From Eledone cirrhosa (lineage: Eukaryota), in contig OZ024742.1 of assembly GCA_964016885.1 (NCBI GenBank), positions 32,364,001 to 32,428,000 on the forward strand: a DNA stretch of 64,000 bases. Direction: 5' to 3'. The notes below the pieces were generated by a model. It was not told where the DNA came from. It was given only the letters and a program-made list of their open reading frames with translations, and did no database searches. Of this stretch, positions 47,669-61,014 are shown piece after piece. Both the position numbers and the translations under genes were made by a program. Positions within the stretch are counted from its first letter, which is position 1. Every line of letters begins with the position of its first letter.

Positions 47669-48522
47669 CAGGGTGCGGACGATATTTGTTCGTAATTTTC
47701 AACTGCTAATTTTATGCAAATTTTTTTTACTTCCGTTGTCACTCTTGTCTTCATAAAAACAGTGACTATATTTCCCTTATTTATTTTCAGAATAATTGAT
47801 TATGAATAATTTTGAACCTCCAAATTTGTGGAAGAGATACAGAGTTCTTGGAATCCGTGCCGGGAGGACAAATAAGACCAGAAGATCAACTCCCAGAACA
47901 ACAGGTGGCTCGCTGTCTCATCCAAAAACGTGCCCAGAGTCATGCAGACAAAGTTTCCAGCGACATTGGTCTTAGGTGTCGTCATGCCACCTCACTTCTT
48001 TCCTGGGGGCCTCAAGCTGAACACCGATGGCTACATCCGCGTTCTGAGCGAGGTAGTAAAGCCCTGGATCAACCAGGTAGCTGCAGGTAGGCCGTACGTG
48101 TGGCAAGACTCAGTGCCCTGCCATACCAGCCAAAAGACCCAAGCCTGGCTGTCAGAGAACTTCGTCGACCACACTTCACCTGACATCTGGCCTCCCAGCT
48201 CACCTGACTTCAACCCCCTCGACTTCTTTGTGTGGGGCGCAGTGGAACGAGACACCAACAGATCTAGCTGCAATACGAAAGACGATCTGAAGGCGAGGAT
48301 CACAAGTACCTTTAGGTGCCTAAGCCAGGAGACAGTGATGAAGGCCTGTAGCCGGTTCCGAGGCCGTCATCAAAGCCAATGGCGGGTTTATCGAGTGAGA
48401 TCGAAAGAACAAGTCATGAAGACAAACTGACCCAAGTTTGATAAATAAATCTTAAAAAATAAAACTACTGTGTTAATTTTTCCTAGACAGTAATCTTGAG
48501 AACAGATATCATCTGCACACAA
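47669..48522 (+). mobile_element. Internally deleted Tc1/mariner-superfamily DD37D (maT) transposon
   Basis: TIRs CAGGGTGCGGACGATATTTGTTC / GAACAGATATCATCTGCACACAA with TA flanks. ORF 47930-48430 has QD-x37-D (WPPSSPDFNPLD). Confidence 0.85.
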
Positions 48523-48526
48523 TATA

Positions 48527-49440
48527 CGGTTGGACAGTAAGTTCACGCCATTATTTGCAATCACCGGCTGCCATCATATAGGAATGTACATGATTCCATC
48601 CCTGTAGAATTCTAGCGCTTCGATGCAAAGAATTCTGCCAGCCACTGATTTAATTGGTCTTCGACTTCATTGTATTGCTCATCGAGACAAGAAAGTGATA
48701 TTCTGTAGGTGCTAGGTGAGGCAAATACAACAGGTGAAGCAGAACCACCTAACCTAGCTCCAGCAGCTTCTCATGGATCAATCTTTATGTATGTAGCCTA
48801 GCATTATCATGGAGGAATTGAACATGGCCATGATGTGGACGTACTTGTACGGTTTACGCCACTAATCTGTCAAGTTGTAGGTAATAGACACCAGGGGTTA
48901 TGTTGGTGATCAGTGGGAGCTACCCATCCAGTCATACCAGATGCTCAGAAGGGCCTTGCAAGGGTGGAAGCCAGCCTTTGTTTGATGTGGTGATGCACTC
49001 TCTTTATTAACCCACAATCGCTAATGTAGACACCATTTTTCATCACCAGTGACAATGGAATGTAACCAGTTGTTTGTGCAATGGTAGGAGAGTAGAGAAG
49101 TCACAGTTGCTGCCCAACATTCATGGTTATGGCCAGTTAGATTGTGGGGTAGGCATTGGTCCAGGTTGGACACCTTCCCTATTGCATGTAAGTGACTGAC
49201 GATGGTTGTTTTCGATGCCCCAATCATTTTAGAGAGTTGACGTGATGCCTGGTGTGAGTTAGCTTCCACCAGCTCACGCATTTGCTTGTCATTGAAGTTG
49301 GATTGATGTCCTACACAAGATCAATCTTTAAGGCAGTAATCACTGGTATGGAAGCATGTGAACCAATCCCTTGAACTGCATTCGGGCATCGTGTGTGACA
49401 CAAATCCATTGTTAATGAGATGACTCAATGCTGCTGTACT
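48527..49440 (-). mobile_element. Decayed mariner (DD34D-type) transposon
   Basis: WLHSIVTGDEKWC and HTH (SRQLSKMIGASKTTIVSHLHAIGKV) in 49021-49281; HDNARLH near 48800; TIR-like end at 48527 after TA. Confidence 0.8.
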
Positions 49441-49507
49441 TAGGCCAGATTTTTTTAGGAAACTCTACCAAATTACATTACATTATATATATATATATAT
49501 ATATATC

Positions 49508-49724
49508 GTCAGTCAATTGACTTTCATCAAATCGGACTGGGGAAACAATGTTTCCATGGGTGTTTCCAATTGCTAATACTATCTATCGGTCACAACTCCT
49601 GGTAGAAGGAGCAACGTGAAATAAAGTGTCTTGCTCAAGGACATAGCGCATCAGCCGGTCCTGGAATCGAAATCACAACCTCACGATTGCAAATCCAATT
49701 CTCTTACCACTCAGCCATGCGCCT
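49508..49724 (-). mobile_element. tRNA-CORE SINE, same subfamily as 9322-9546
   Basis: Shares TCAAATCGGAC..GGAAACAATGTTTCC..CCAATTGCTAATACTATCTATCGGTC. Confidence 0.8.
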
Positions 49725-49814
49725 ATATATAAAGTAATAATAAATGTGAAGACTAAAATCCAAAGAGGGCTTGATAAGGATTATATATAAACCCATAAAG
49801 CAAATATTTATTAT

Positions 49815-49923
49815 AACAGATTAAAGTTTAAGTAAAGAATCACTGCTTTCACCCTTAATGGGATCTTCAGAAGAACCTGTTAAGGGTGATAGCAGCAATT
49901 CTTTGCTTAAACTTTAATCTGTT
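49815..49923. repeat. Fold-back hairpin made from the 14566-type repeat
   Basis: Arms 49815-49858 and 49880-49923 are imperfect reverse complements. Confidence 0.85.
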
Positions 49924-49929
49924 CTTATA

Positions 49930-49972
<43 letters not shown>

Positions 49973-50924
49973 AAGTAGAAAAATAGTTAATATAGATGTA
50001 CAGAGTGATAGAATGACAGACAGCTAGAAAGAAAAAAAATAGGTAGATAGCTGGATAAATAGAGAGATTGTCAGACAAATAGATATTAAGATATATAGCT
50101 AGATAACCAGAAAAATAGATGGATGAATAAATAAACAGATAAATAACTACATAGTGCTGATGCCATAACAAAATGCACCAATTACACCACAGCCATAGAA
50201 ATCAGTTAAATGTGGAACAAGTGAGCAAGATAAGGTCTCTTCAACACATCTGGTCACAGAACATGACCCCCATCCAACCCCTTGCCATCATGGAACGTGG
50301 ATATAAAAGGATGATGATGATAGGTGAATAATTAGATAGATATAAAGAGAAAAAACTAAATAGAGATAAAGAAGCCTAGATTTTAATTACTTTATACTGG
50401 AAACTTATAAAAGAAAAGAGAACAGAAAGAAACTCAAACAAAAATGTCAATATTTCCTTGTATAGACAATATTTCTGGCTTTTGGGGTGTCAATAGTATT
50501 GATTTCTACTTTATTTAATTAAAAAATATACAAAAATAAAATGGGGGGGGGGGGGGGGGGTAAAACAAAACATTTTAAAGGAAAAAGAAAACAAATGAAA
50601 AACACATAATATATACACACACACATACATATTTACATATATATACATTATACTACACACACACATATCCATTTGGTATTGATGAACGTGAGAATGAGAA
50701 CACAATAGGAAATAGTTTATAAAGGTCGAGTCAGAAGACACTGTCAGATGACCAGGGCCATATTATTCATAAGACTGAGAACTGGTCAATGTCTTTTCTT
50801 TTGGGGTGAAAGATAGAAATACTTGAGGCTTGCCCACGGGTAGTACAACCCAGCAAAGAAGGCTGTAACCCACAGGAGAAACTCCAGAGTAACAAGCCAT
50901 TGACTATACTTTAATAATAATAAT

Positions 50925-51220
50925 AATGGTTTCTGATTCAGGCACAAGGACAGCAATTTGAGGGGGGGGGGGTCAGTTGATACTGTAAGGATGAATGGTA
51001 AAGCTAACCTCGGCGAGATTTGAACTCAGAATGTAAAGAGGCGTAATTCTATGCCCCAAAGCATATTGTCTGATGCTCTACCGATACTGCCAACCCACCA
51101 CCCTTAATAATAATCATTGTTCCTACTTTTGGCACAAGGCCAGCAATTACTCCAGTACATTACTAGTACTTCATTTTATCAACCTCGTAAGGATGGAAGG
51201 CAAAGTTAACCTCGGCAGAT
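50925..51220 (-). mobile_element. Second-family SINE copies (two, partial)
   Basis: GGCACAAGG..AAGGATGAA.GG.AAAG.TAACCTCGGC motifs; further copies at ~38850-38950, ~52070-52190 and ~54880-55200. Confidence 0.75.
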
Positions 51221-52466
51221 ATGTTCAAAAGGATTAATCTAGGAGAGCAACAGAACAGACCCTACCACAAAATGAAACCTTCTATCTGCTTGTTGTCTTA
51301 GATTAGTTCTTGCAAATGTGTGTGTGCATGTCTGCGAGTATATATATGTTTGCCTGCACATATGAGCACGTGTGTGTGTATGTATGTATATACATATATA
51401 AAGAAATAAGATAGAAATGGAGAGTGAGAGATAAAAAGAAAATTTCAATCAAGGGAGATAGCTCATATTCAGAAAATTTTCAAGGGGAATAATTAAAAAA
51501 ATTCTGGAAAGAATAAAAATAGTTTTAAAAAAGTAAAAAAAAGTACAGAATGTAAAAATTAAAAGTTAAAAACAATGAGACGTATTTTTTCTTCTTTTTT
51601 TTCAATCAATTTTTTATAAAGAAAATAAGTCACGCGGTTGTCATAGTATTGTCTTTTAATAACAATAACGAAAAACGAGATTGATGGATAATGTTAAATT
51701 AATTATTTAATTGATTTTAAATGTAAATTATGTATATAGATATATATATATGTGTGTGTGTAGGATTTTATGGAGTGTTTTAAAACCCCGACTCCGTTGT
51801 TTTGATATCAATAATAAGTGGTGTGATGGTGAGTCGAAAGAAGAGGCGGAATAATATATACACATACATCTATATACCCACACACACACACACACATATA
51901 TATATATACATACACATAGAGTGTATATGTTTATATATCTGATACTATCTCCAAGTTGAAACTCCAGGCCAAAGGAGTTGGATTTTGAAATCAGAATGCA
52001 CAGAGCTCGATCAGATAGTGCAGAGCATTCTGTCAGAGTCTATACTATTTTCCACCAATCCACAACCTCTGCCTCACTGGTTCTTTATCAACCACCGGAA
52101 GACAGGCAAAGTTGACCCCAACAAGATTTGAACTCAGAGCCCAGAGAGTCAGAACAAACACTGATGCTCTAATCACTGTCAATTCGCCTATATGTATATA
52201 TATGTGTGTGTTGTAAACATTTTTTTTTCAATGGTCATGAAACTATGCAATTGGTTATGAAATAATTATTTAACAAACAAAGAAAAACAAACAAACAAAT
52301 TATCAGAACTGCATATGGCGCAAAAAAAAAAAAAAAAAGAAAAAAATGTCTTTGATATATGTCCTGAATTCTGATATAGAGATATATTCAGTACAAGAAT
52401 TACAGGAGATTGGATATTTACTTTCAAAGAAAATGATTAACCACACGCGCACACTATATATACATA

Positions 52467-52593
52467 TAGGAAAATGTTCAAGACCCCGACGGCAGAGCTC
52501 AAGCCGTTTCGATGGCTATTTCTGGACAGCTATTCCAGAAATAACCATCAAAACGGCTTGAGCTCTGCTGTCGGGGTCTTGAACATTTTCCTA
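52467..52593. repeat. 127-bp near-perfect palindrome at the end of a dispersed repeat
   Basis: TAGGAAAATGTTCAAGACCCCGAC.GCAGAGCTCAAGCCGTTT..TCTGGA / TCCAGA..AAACGGCTTGAGCTCTGC.GTCGGGGTCTTGAACATTTTCCTA. Confidence 0.92.
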
Positions 52594-52944
52594 TTACCCA
52601 CTCTACTACACAAAGTATCGAGTACTCTGGTGCGTTATGGTCCACCTGGTTCCTTACCACACTTCCTTCATTATATATATATATCTGTTTAGTATTGACA
52701 GTTGTAAGTCTACCATAGATTTTTTAAGGTTGAGTCAGTGTGATACTGGAAACATACACTGACTCTACATTAATAAAACTATATATATTCCAATACTTAC
52801 ATGGCCACATATATTTACTAAGCTTCACTTCATCAAAGAAGATATGTTTTTTCTGAAGAAGCTGGACAAATACAACGCATCACTGAAACATTGTGGTCAT
52901 GTTGTAAGAATATATATATACAATACACCCCCACACACACACAC

Positions 52945-53001
<57 letters not shown>

Positions 53002-53128
53002 CAGATGTAGCAATTAAAATATCCAAAGGCGTGGAGAGAAAACATTCTTGTGAGAAGAGTTATAATCAGTGCTACATGTTTAATTGTTAGTTAAGCCTAA
53101 CTAAACTTGAAACATGAATGTATGTGTA

Positions 53129-53174
<46 letters not shown>

Positions 53175-53626
53175 TATACACACACACACACACATACACA
53201 AACCCACATATATAACTTATTTCAGGTGGAAATAACTTCTTCAAGACTATGTTTTACTGGGTTGAAATCATTGATGATTTCAAGTAAATAAAACAGTATT
53301 AGTGATGTAGAAGTCACTTCCACCTAAAATAAATTATCACAATATCTCACTACACAATGTATTGAGTACTTTATTTATTTGTAGTCTTTCTACCTTCCTC
53401 TATGGAAAAACTCTCTCTCTCTCTGAGAAAAAGTATTTCTGGCAAGTTTTTAAAATTTTTGATTCTTTGAGCTTCCAGAAAATATCATTCATTGTCCTTT
53501 GGAATAGGTTAAATGGATCTTCCCTGTCATTGTATATACATACATTTTATACATATGCAAACATTTCACATTCAACAGCACAGTTTACTATGCCAGAGAG
53601 TTTTAAATCACACAAGTAATAGAATG

Positions 53627-53675
<49 letters not shown>

Positions 53676-53797
53676 ATATATATATATAGAGAGAGAGAGG
53701 GGGGGGTTGCATGTTATATATCTTATACTACATACAGTTCATATATCAAGGATAAGTTAGTGCTGTTTGAAAGGTTCATATTGTATAATGTAGTTTT

Positions 53798-53842
<45 letters not shown>

Positions 53843-55539
53843 TAAAAGTGGGCACGCTGGTGACACAACAAAAAGCACCAAGTCCTCTCTGCACTTGGTT
53901 GTGTTGGTACCACAAAAAAAAAAAAAAGCACCCAGTCCATCCTGTCAGATGGTCATTTTGGTGCCACGATAAAAAAGCATCCAGTCATAGAAACCAAGCC
54001 CCAAACAGTTCCGTATGAGTATGACCTGGTTACCTGACCTGAGTTGCCTCATAATGTGACAGCCCATCCATGCAAGCATGGAAGATAGACATTAAATGAT
54101 GATGATTATACACACACACATATATATACATACATATATACACATACACACATACACTCACATATATAACACACACATTTCCCATTATGAGGATGAATAG
54201 TTAGTGCTGATTCAGAGGTTTCTGACACATACATACATATTTGTATATATGCATACATTCCACGTTTGAGAGCAGTTTGAGCTGGATTATAAATACTGCA
54301 CATGATAATGTATGCACATGTTTAAGCACCAGATAGTACTGTCTGAGACCACTAAATCTTATATCTCAGCCTATTCTATAGATTTCAAAGTCTACGTATC
54401 ATATAGTGTTAATCATTTTTTTTTTTTTTCATAGAACATGTTGAAAAATATGGAAGGAAAGAAGAGTAAAAAAACAGAAATCTATATATGAATTACACAC
54501 ACATATATATATACATATATATGTATGCCCCAGCATGGCCTCAGCCGGATGGCTAGAACAGGTAAAAGAGTTAAAGAGTATACATATATATATATATTTA
54601 TACATACATATATATATATATATATATATGCACGCACAAGTGCACACCCATATATATAAAAGGCTGTGTAGTCATGCATTAATTTATTTAGACACACACA
54701 ACCTACAACACCACCAGCAGCAGCTATCACAAGTTCAAATACAGCAGCCATAGAGAATATTTAAAGAGAATTTTTCAAGAAGAAGGAGGAGAAGATGAAG
54801 AAGAAGAAAAATAAGTAAGAAGAGAATTGAAAATAGTTTTCCGTTTTGTTTCATAATAATAATAATAATTATAATTATAAATTTCTAAGATTGGCTCAAA
54901 GCCTGAAATTTGCGAGAAGCAGGAGAGAAGGGTATAGATGATGAAATTGACCCTAGTTCATAACTGGTACTTTATTTTATCAACCCACTGGAAAGATGAA
55001 AGGTAAAGTTGACCTCGGCGGGATTTGAACACAGAACACCAAATCATGTCAACTAAATATCACAAGGTATTTAGTTCTGATGTTACCCTTTCTATCAATC
55101 AACTGCTGCCAATTTAGCCCAGAAGGATGAAAGGCAAAGTCTACTTTGGCAGAATTTGAACCCAGGGCACCCAGACATGTAAACTAAATACTGCCAGGTA
55201 CTTGGTTTTTATACTACTCTTTCCATTAACCCACTGTCATTTTTTTTTCTTTGTTTTAAAATATCAATAAAACCTAAATATTTGGCTAAAATAATTTCAA
55301 AATTGTAACAGCAGAAGTAACTTTTGTCTGTGTATTTGTGTGTGTGTGTATGTCTAACTGTGAAGAATTTATGTACGCGTGATTTGGATGTATGCATTTT
55401 TTCCAGATAAGCAGTAAAAAAACTGCATTCGTCAATTTTTAAACAACAACAAAAACAACAGTAAAAACAACAACATATAGAAAAAAAATTTAAACAAACA
55501 ACAATAACAATTATAAAGTTACTACAACAACCAAGTAGA

Positions 55540-55986
55540 CTACGTTTTCTCAGCATCAGAAAATGGTAAATCTGTAGGATCTGTAGTTGAAGATGGTATG
55601 TTGTTGCTGTCAGATCGAATGTCCGAAACCGAGGAATGTTGAGCAGCCTGAGGATTAGTGCTTTCTTTCTCTAGAGTGGCCACGCGGTCCAAAAGAGCAG
55701 CTCGCTCAATTTCAAGAGCCTGCAGTTTGGAACGCAGTCGTGTCTCGTTGGTCTGGAAGTTATTAATGGCACTCTCCAAGCTGCGTTGGTGACTGAGTGC
55801 ATTCTGAAGTTTATCCATCAACTCCCTGTTTTGTTCTTTTAAAGAACGGTTGGCACCTTCTAGACGGTGAATGATGCTGTTGCCACTGTGGTGCTCTTTC
55901 TGTGAGGTGTAGACCATTTCTTCTTGTAACACCTGGTACTCAACTTCATAAGCATGGAGTTGCTTGCTGTAATCCACTTCAAATGC
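55540..55986 (-). CDS. TBC1D1: TBC1D1/TBC1D4-like Rab-GAP, terminal coding exon (coiled coil)
   Basis: CAG|AFEVDYSKQLHAYEVEYQVLQEE...* resembles the TBC1D1/4 KQLxAYEVEYHVLQ motif. The ORF track labels this ORF '+', but it reads on the minus strand. Confidence 0.92.
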   Translation of the reverse strand, partial: AFEVDYSKQLHAYEVEYQVLQEEMVYTSQKEHHSGNSIIHRLEGANRSLKEQNRELMDKLQNALSHQRSLESAINNFQTNETRLRSKLQALEIERAALLDRVATLEKESTNPQAAQHSSVSDIRSDSNNIPSSTTDPTDLPFSDAEKT

Positions 55987-56132
55987 CTGAAAGACAGAGA
56001 TAGGGAGAGGTATTTCTTAGATAATGAAATAACACAAAATTTTCCATTACTGAATTACTTCAATTTGCATCAATTAATACAATAATTTCCACACAAATTA
56101 GAATTAGAACAAGCACTATGAAATTAAAAGTA

Positions 56133-56390
56133 CAGTGTACCCCAGGCATTCGCGGTTCTGGTTATTCAAAACATCTTTTGCAATTTTTTTAATGGTAATA
56201 TATATTTTTTAACGCTAAATTATTAATAACAATATACCGTATTTGCCGCCCTATTGGACGCTCGCTCTTTTTTTATTATATTTTACATTATATTTTTATG
56301 TTTATAAGCATTTTTATGGAGCGCGTCCCATATTCGTGGGTGCTCTAGGAACGTAACCCCCCCCCCTCCATGAATACTGGAGGACAACTG
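56133..56390. mobile_element. Tigger/pogo-like MITE (intronic)
   Basis: TA|CAGTGTACCCC..CATTCGCGG ... CCATGAATAC..GGACAACTG|TA imperfect TIRs. Confidence 0.5.
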
Positions 56391-57485
56391 TACATCTATT
56401 TCTCCATCATGTTGACAACATCCCCCACACCATTTCATCCCCTTTCTGAAACCATATATAGGTATAATTTCATACCTATCCTCCTCCCCTATTACCCCAC
56501 TCCCTAGAGCAGAGAGGGATCTTCAGTTGGGACTATGACCAACCTTTCTCATGACAGTGCCACAAAAATGCACCCGGTACACTCCATATGGGTAGTTGGT
56601 GACAAGGACCCCATGCTGTAGAAATTATGCCTAAAAGGGTTGAGAGGATCGTTCAGTTGTGTTAATGACAACAACCTCCCTAGTGTTGGTGATCTTCACA
56701 ATAAATACACCCAGTACACACTGTAACTTGGTTGGTGTTAGGAAGGGTATCCAGCTGTAGCAAGCTTGCCAAAGAAAGGGTTGGGAAGAACTTTCAGTTT
56801 GTCTCAAAAGACAAGACAACCTCTGCTGTGCTCTTAATAGAATATAAGACTATGTAAGCAAGATGCAGATCCTCGGCCTGTCTGGGAGGTTAGTAGCCCC
56901 ACTTTAGTACTGACTTCATCTATGTAGACCTGGCCAACCCTTTCTAGCAGGGAAAGCAGAATGAAGATGATAATATATAATATATATATACATACAGATA
57001 TAAATATATATATATATATATACACACACACATATATATATATATACACACACACTCATATACATATATAAATATATATACACACACTGGCTGCAACTCT
57101 GAGGATATCACAAAACTGTGTGTCCTGATAGTAATTTGAGGAGGTGAGGCGTGGTATGCAACTCCAAGTAGAAGTGTTGACATGGTCATACGTATATCAC
57201 AGAAAAATACTTCCTGTGATTGGTTCAAATCATGGCAACAGCGCCGTGACATCACAGAGTAGTGAGGTTTTGTGAGCACCATTAGAAAGTACTGCACCTC
57301 GGTGCCAATGGCTATGTGAAACTCCCAGCTGAGCACATCAAGCTCTGGATGGACAGTGTAGCTAATGGGAGGCCCTATTTTTCAACAGGACACTGCTTCC
57401 TGCCCACAAAGCCACTCAGGGCTGGCTCTTCGCCAACATGCCATACCAATGGTTTCCGATTTATATATGTGTATGTTACTCTTAC

Positions 57486-57655
57486 CTGATTGATGATTCT
57501 CTCCATCTGCACAAGACCCATGCTTGGTAAAGTTGTTTTCAGAAACTCTACAATGCTCTCAAACGATTCACAATGCATGATTAACTGTTTGTGGTCTCCA
57601 AGAAGGATGAGGCATATTTTAAATATGGAATCAATTCCTTGTAAGAAGATCAGGT
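57486..57655 (-). CDS. TBC1D1: TBC1D1/4-like exon
   Basis: AG|(D)[15 protein letters not shown]...MERIINQ|GTAAG; 170 nt, phase 1 to 0. Confidence 0.93.
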
Positions 57656-57959
57656 CTAGAAATAAATAAATACAGGTATTAGTCTTCAGAACATTAAGCA
57701 ATCATAATCACCATCATTATTTTACATTTCTTTCGATAAAATAAAGTACCAGTAATATACTGGATAATTGCTGGCCTTGTGCCAAAAGTAGAAACAATTA
57801 TTTTACATCTCTTTCACATACTGGCATGAGTTGGACTAGCTGTCACTGTCCAAAACCAGATGGTTAATTTGATCCCTAATTAGTTGTACAATAACTCTGT
57901 AACTTTTATGACCTAGTCCATCAACTTGATGCCTCAGTAGTTTCCGCTGCTATGCCAAT

Positions 57960-58720
57960 CATTTTGTATAGCTCTATTTTGTATTTCTTAGTTTACAATA
58001 TGGGTGGTTATGGTGTGACCTACCATCCCAGATGCTTTCAGCATCTCAGCAACTATTCCCGATGACCCAGCTGTTTTGCTTGTCTTCATATCTTTAATAG
58101 TCTTACTTACTATGCTGCCACTGACTTGTATAGCTGGCCACTCTGTTGGGTCTACTTGGGGAAGATAACCTTTCTCCATGCATTCTCCTCACTCATCATT
58201 CTCTCATAACACTTCCATACTGCCCTCTTTCCAGTGTTGGTGAGGGCAAGTGTACTATTGTCATCTTGGACACACTTCTCCCTAAGATCATTATTTTCCC
58301 TGACATACTGCCTCACAATCTTGAACACCTCACCTCTTTGGTCCTCACGTTGCATAACATGCATAAACTTTTTATTTTCTGCTTCCCTCCTTGCCAAGTA
58401 TACTTGTCATCTCACTATTGGTCTCTTGGTAAAGTTCTCTGCTTCTCCAATTTTGCCATTCTTTCCATGCCTGTCTCTTAGCCTTAATTGAATCATCCAC
58501 CCTACTATTCCACCAGTTCCCGCAATAGTTGTACTTAATTCTGTCTCCTGCCTTTCATCACTCATGAACACGTCCCCAAGATACTTAAACTTCTCCATAT
58601 GCTTCAGTGGAACTCCACTGTTCCAGCTTCCTTGAGAGGACGAGTCTCTCAGTCTTCACAGCACTAATTTTCATTCCTACCATGCTGCACTCAACAGCAA
58701 ACCTACCAAGTGCAAGTCAG
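57960..58720 (-). mobile_element. Intronic RTE fragments
   Basis: ARREAENKKF..REDQR..KCVQDD and GIVAEMLKASG match 5489-6538; EKFKYLG near 58580. Confidence 0.75.
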
Positions 58721-58966
58721 AGATCACTTTCTGATAAGTTAAGTAATACCATGTTGGTTTCAATTTAGCACCATTTATCCGAACACAAATACTTAGGCAT
58801 TTGTATAGACATCAGGGCAACAAGAAGCTGTCCATCAATCCGATACTCCTGGTGATGATTATAATGATAATGGTAATAATTACGATGATGATGATGATAG
58901 CACTGATGATAATTATGATAAAAGCAATGCCATTAAGTGCATGAAGTGGCTAAAATGAAGACTTAC

Positions 58967-59126
58967 CAAAGACTCTGGAGACGAAGCCCAAAGGAAACTG
59001 GGAAGCGAATATGGTGAGGAACCATGGGGCAGCATATAGGGTCGGCACAATCTCGTGTTCTTCAAAATGTTCATAGAGGTCTCGATGGTTGTCATGGATG
59101 AGACGTGTCAGTTGGTACAACTTGAT
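58967..59126 (-). CDS. TBC1D1: TBC1D1/4-like exon (TBC domain)
   Basis: CAG|[33 protein letters not shown]|GTAAGT; 160 nt. Confidence 0.95.
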
Positions 59127-59149
59127 CTGCCCCATACAACAATAAAAAC

Positions 59150-59430
59150 AATATATTATTTATGAGCTAACCTAAGTAGTGTTTGAACATGAATTGCTTC
59201 ACCTTAATAATTGTTTCTACTATAGGCACAAGGCCAGCAATTTGGAGAGAGGGGAAAGTCGATTAAATCGATCCCAGTGCATTACTGGTGCTTTATTTTA
59301 TCAACCCTGTAAGGATGAAAGGCAAAGCTAACCTCAGCAGGTTTTGAACTCAAAACGTAAAGGGCCATAACTATGCAGTAAAGCACAGTGTCCGACACTC
59401 TACCGATACTACCAATCCACCACCTTCCAA
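59150..59430 (-). mobile_element. Second-family tRNA-derived SINE (full copy from ~59210)
   Basis: Minus-strand GGTGGTGGATTGGTAGTATCGGTAGAG...GAGTTCAAA head. Confidence 0.75.
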
Positions 59431-60169
59431 TAATAATAATAATAGTAGTGAGCCTATGCAAAATGATAAATAACATAAAAGGTCTGCAAGTACTGTCACT
59501 GGTCAATGTGCAAAACTATGGCTATCAATTGTCCAATAGGTGGTACCATTATATCCCAGACAGTGTCCTTGATGACAGAGACAAACTCTAGATATTCTGG
59601 AACTTCACTAATAAAACAGATTGCAAATATGAACAACTGACTTGATATTGTAGTTATGCACAAAAAACAGACATGAATGCCATATTTTTTATGTTGCCAG
59701 CCCAAGAGACTAAAGATAGACATGAAAGAAATATACTGACTTGAAGATAAAAATTGCATGAATATGGTCAAACCACCCAACAACATATAGATAATTCCAG
59801 TTGTCATTGGAACTTTGGGTTCAATACCATTAACCCTTTAACATTTACATTACTCTACATTTACTATTTTATTTTCATGCTAAACACTTTATCTTACATA
59901 ATTCTCTCACATAATATTGGATCTATGAGATTTTGATACTATTTATTTTGAGAACAATATCTTAACTTAAGTATGAGTGGCCGGTTACAGCCGGTTTGAA
60001 CAGAAAGAGGTGAGAGAATTCTGGCTAGATATGGCCGGTTTAAATGCTAAAGTGTTAATCAAAATTAGCAAATAGACCTTGAAAGACAACCTGCACTCCT
60101 ACAGAAGACTGCACTGTCGAGACTCAACAGGCAATAAAAGATCTATTTACTGGGCAAAACATCAATAAT

Positions 60170-60840
60170 TCATTTCATTTTACGTCCGCTTTTCCCTGCT
60201 TGCAAGGGTGGGACGGGAACTGATTCTGGCTTGATTCCTACAGCTGGATGCCCTTCCTAACACCAACCTCATTTACAGTGAGTGCTGGGTGCTTTTTTTA
60301 CCGTGGCACCTCCACGACCACTTTGCAGTGGAATGACAGGGACCCCTGTCCCTATCATCTCATTTCTACAGCTGAGTAAACTGGAGCAATGTGAAATAAA
60401 GTGTCTTGCTCAAGGAAACAACACATCACCCGGTCTAAGAATTGAACTCACAACCAATCGATTGCAAGGCCAATGCTCTAACCAATAATAAAAATAATAA
60501 TTGTTTCTACTTTTGACACAAGGCCAGCAATTACCCAGTGCATTACTGGTACTTTATTTTATCGACCCCATATGGATGAAAGGCAAAGTTAACCTCGCCG
60601 GGATTTGAACTCAGATCATACAGGGAGGTAACTCTATGCTTCAAAGCATGGCGTCCGACCCTCTACCGATACTGCCAATCCACCGCCTTTAATAAAAATA
60701 ATAATGATTTCTAATTTAGGCATAAGGCTGGCAATCTGTAGAAAGGAGAAAGTCAAATATATCAACCCCAGTACTTTACAGGTACTTTATTTTATCGACC
60801 TTGGAAGGGTGAAAGGCAAATTGACTCCGATGGGATTTGA
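60170..60840 (-). mobile_element. SINE cluster: CORE/RTE-tail SINE (60170-60485) plus two second-family copies
   Basis: Homology to 19030-19365 and 59210-59430. Confidence 0.8.
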
Positions 60841-60921
60841 AAGGAAGAAGAGGAAGAAGAGGAGGAGGAATATGGATAATTGGAGCAAAACTGATCAGGT
60901 TGATTGAAAATATGTATTTAC

Positions 60922-61014
60922 CTGCAAAGCTGTCATGCTTGGTCTGAACTGATTCCGTAGTCCCATGTTAAACATAAGATATTTCAAGATGTGGAAAGCA
61001 GATTCTTCATCCAT
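60922..61014 (-). CDS. TBC1D1: TBC1D1/4-like exon (too short for the ORF track)
   Basis: CAG|MDEESAFHILKYLMFNMGLRNQFRPSMTALQ|GTAAAT; 93 nt, phase 0-0. Confidence 0.93.

Noticed and set aside
55540-55977. Plus-strand ORF as labelled in the supplied track
   Set aside because: The peptide is encoded on the minus strand (CTA at 55540-55542 is the stop) and splices in phase with the TBC exons.
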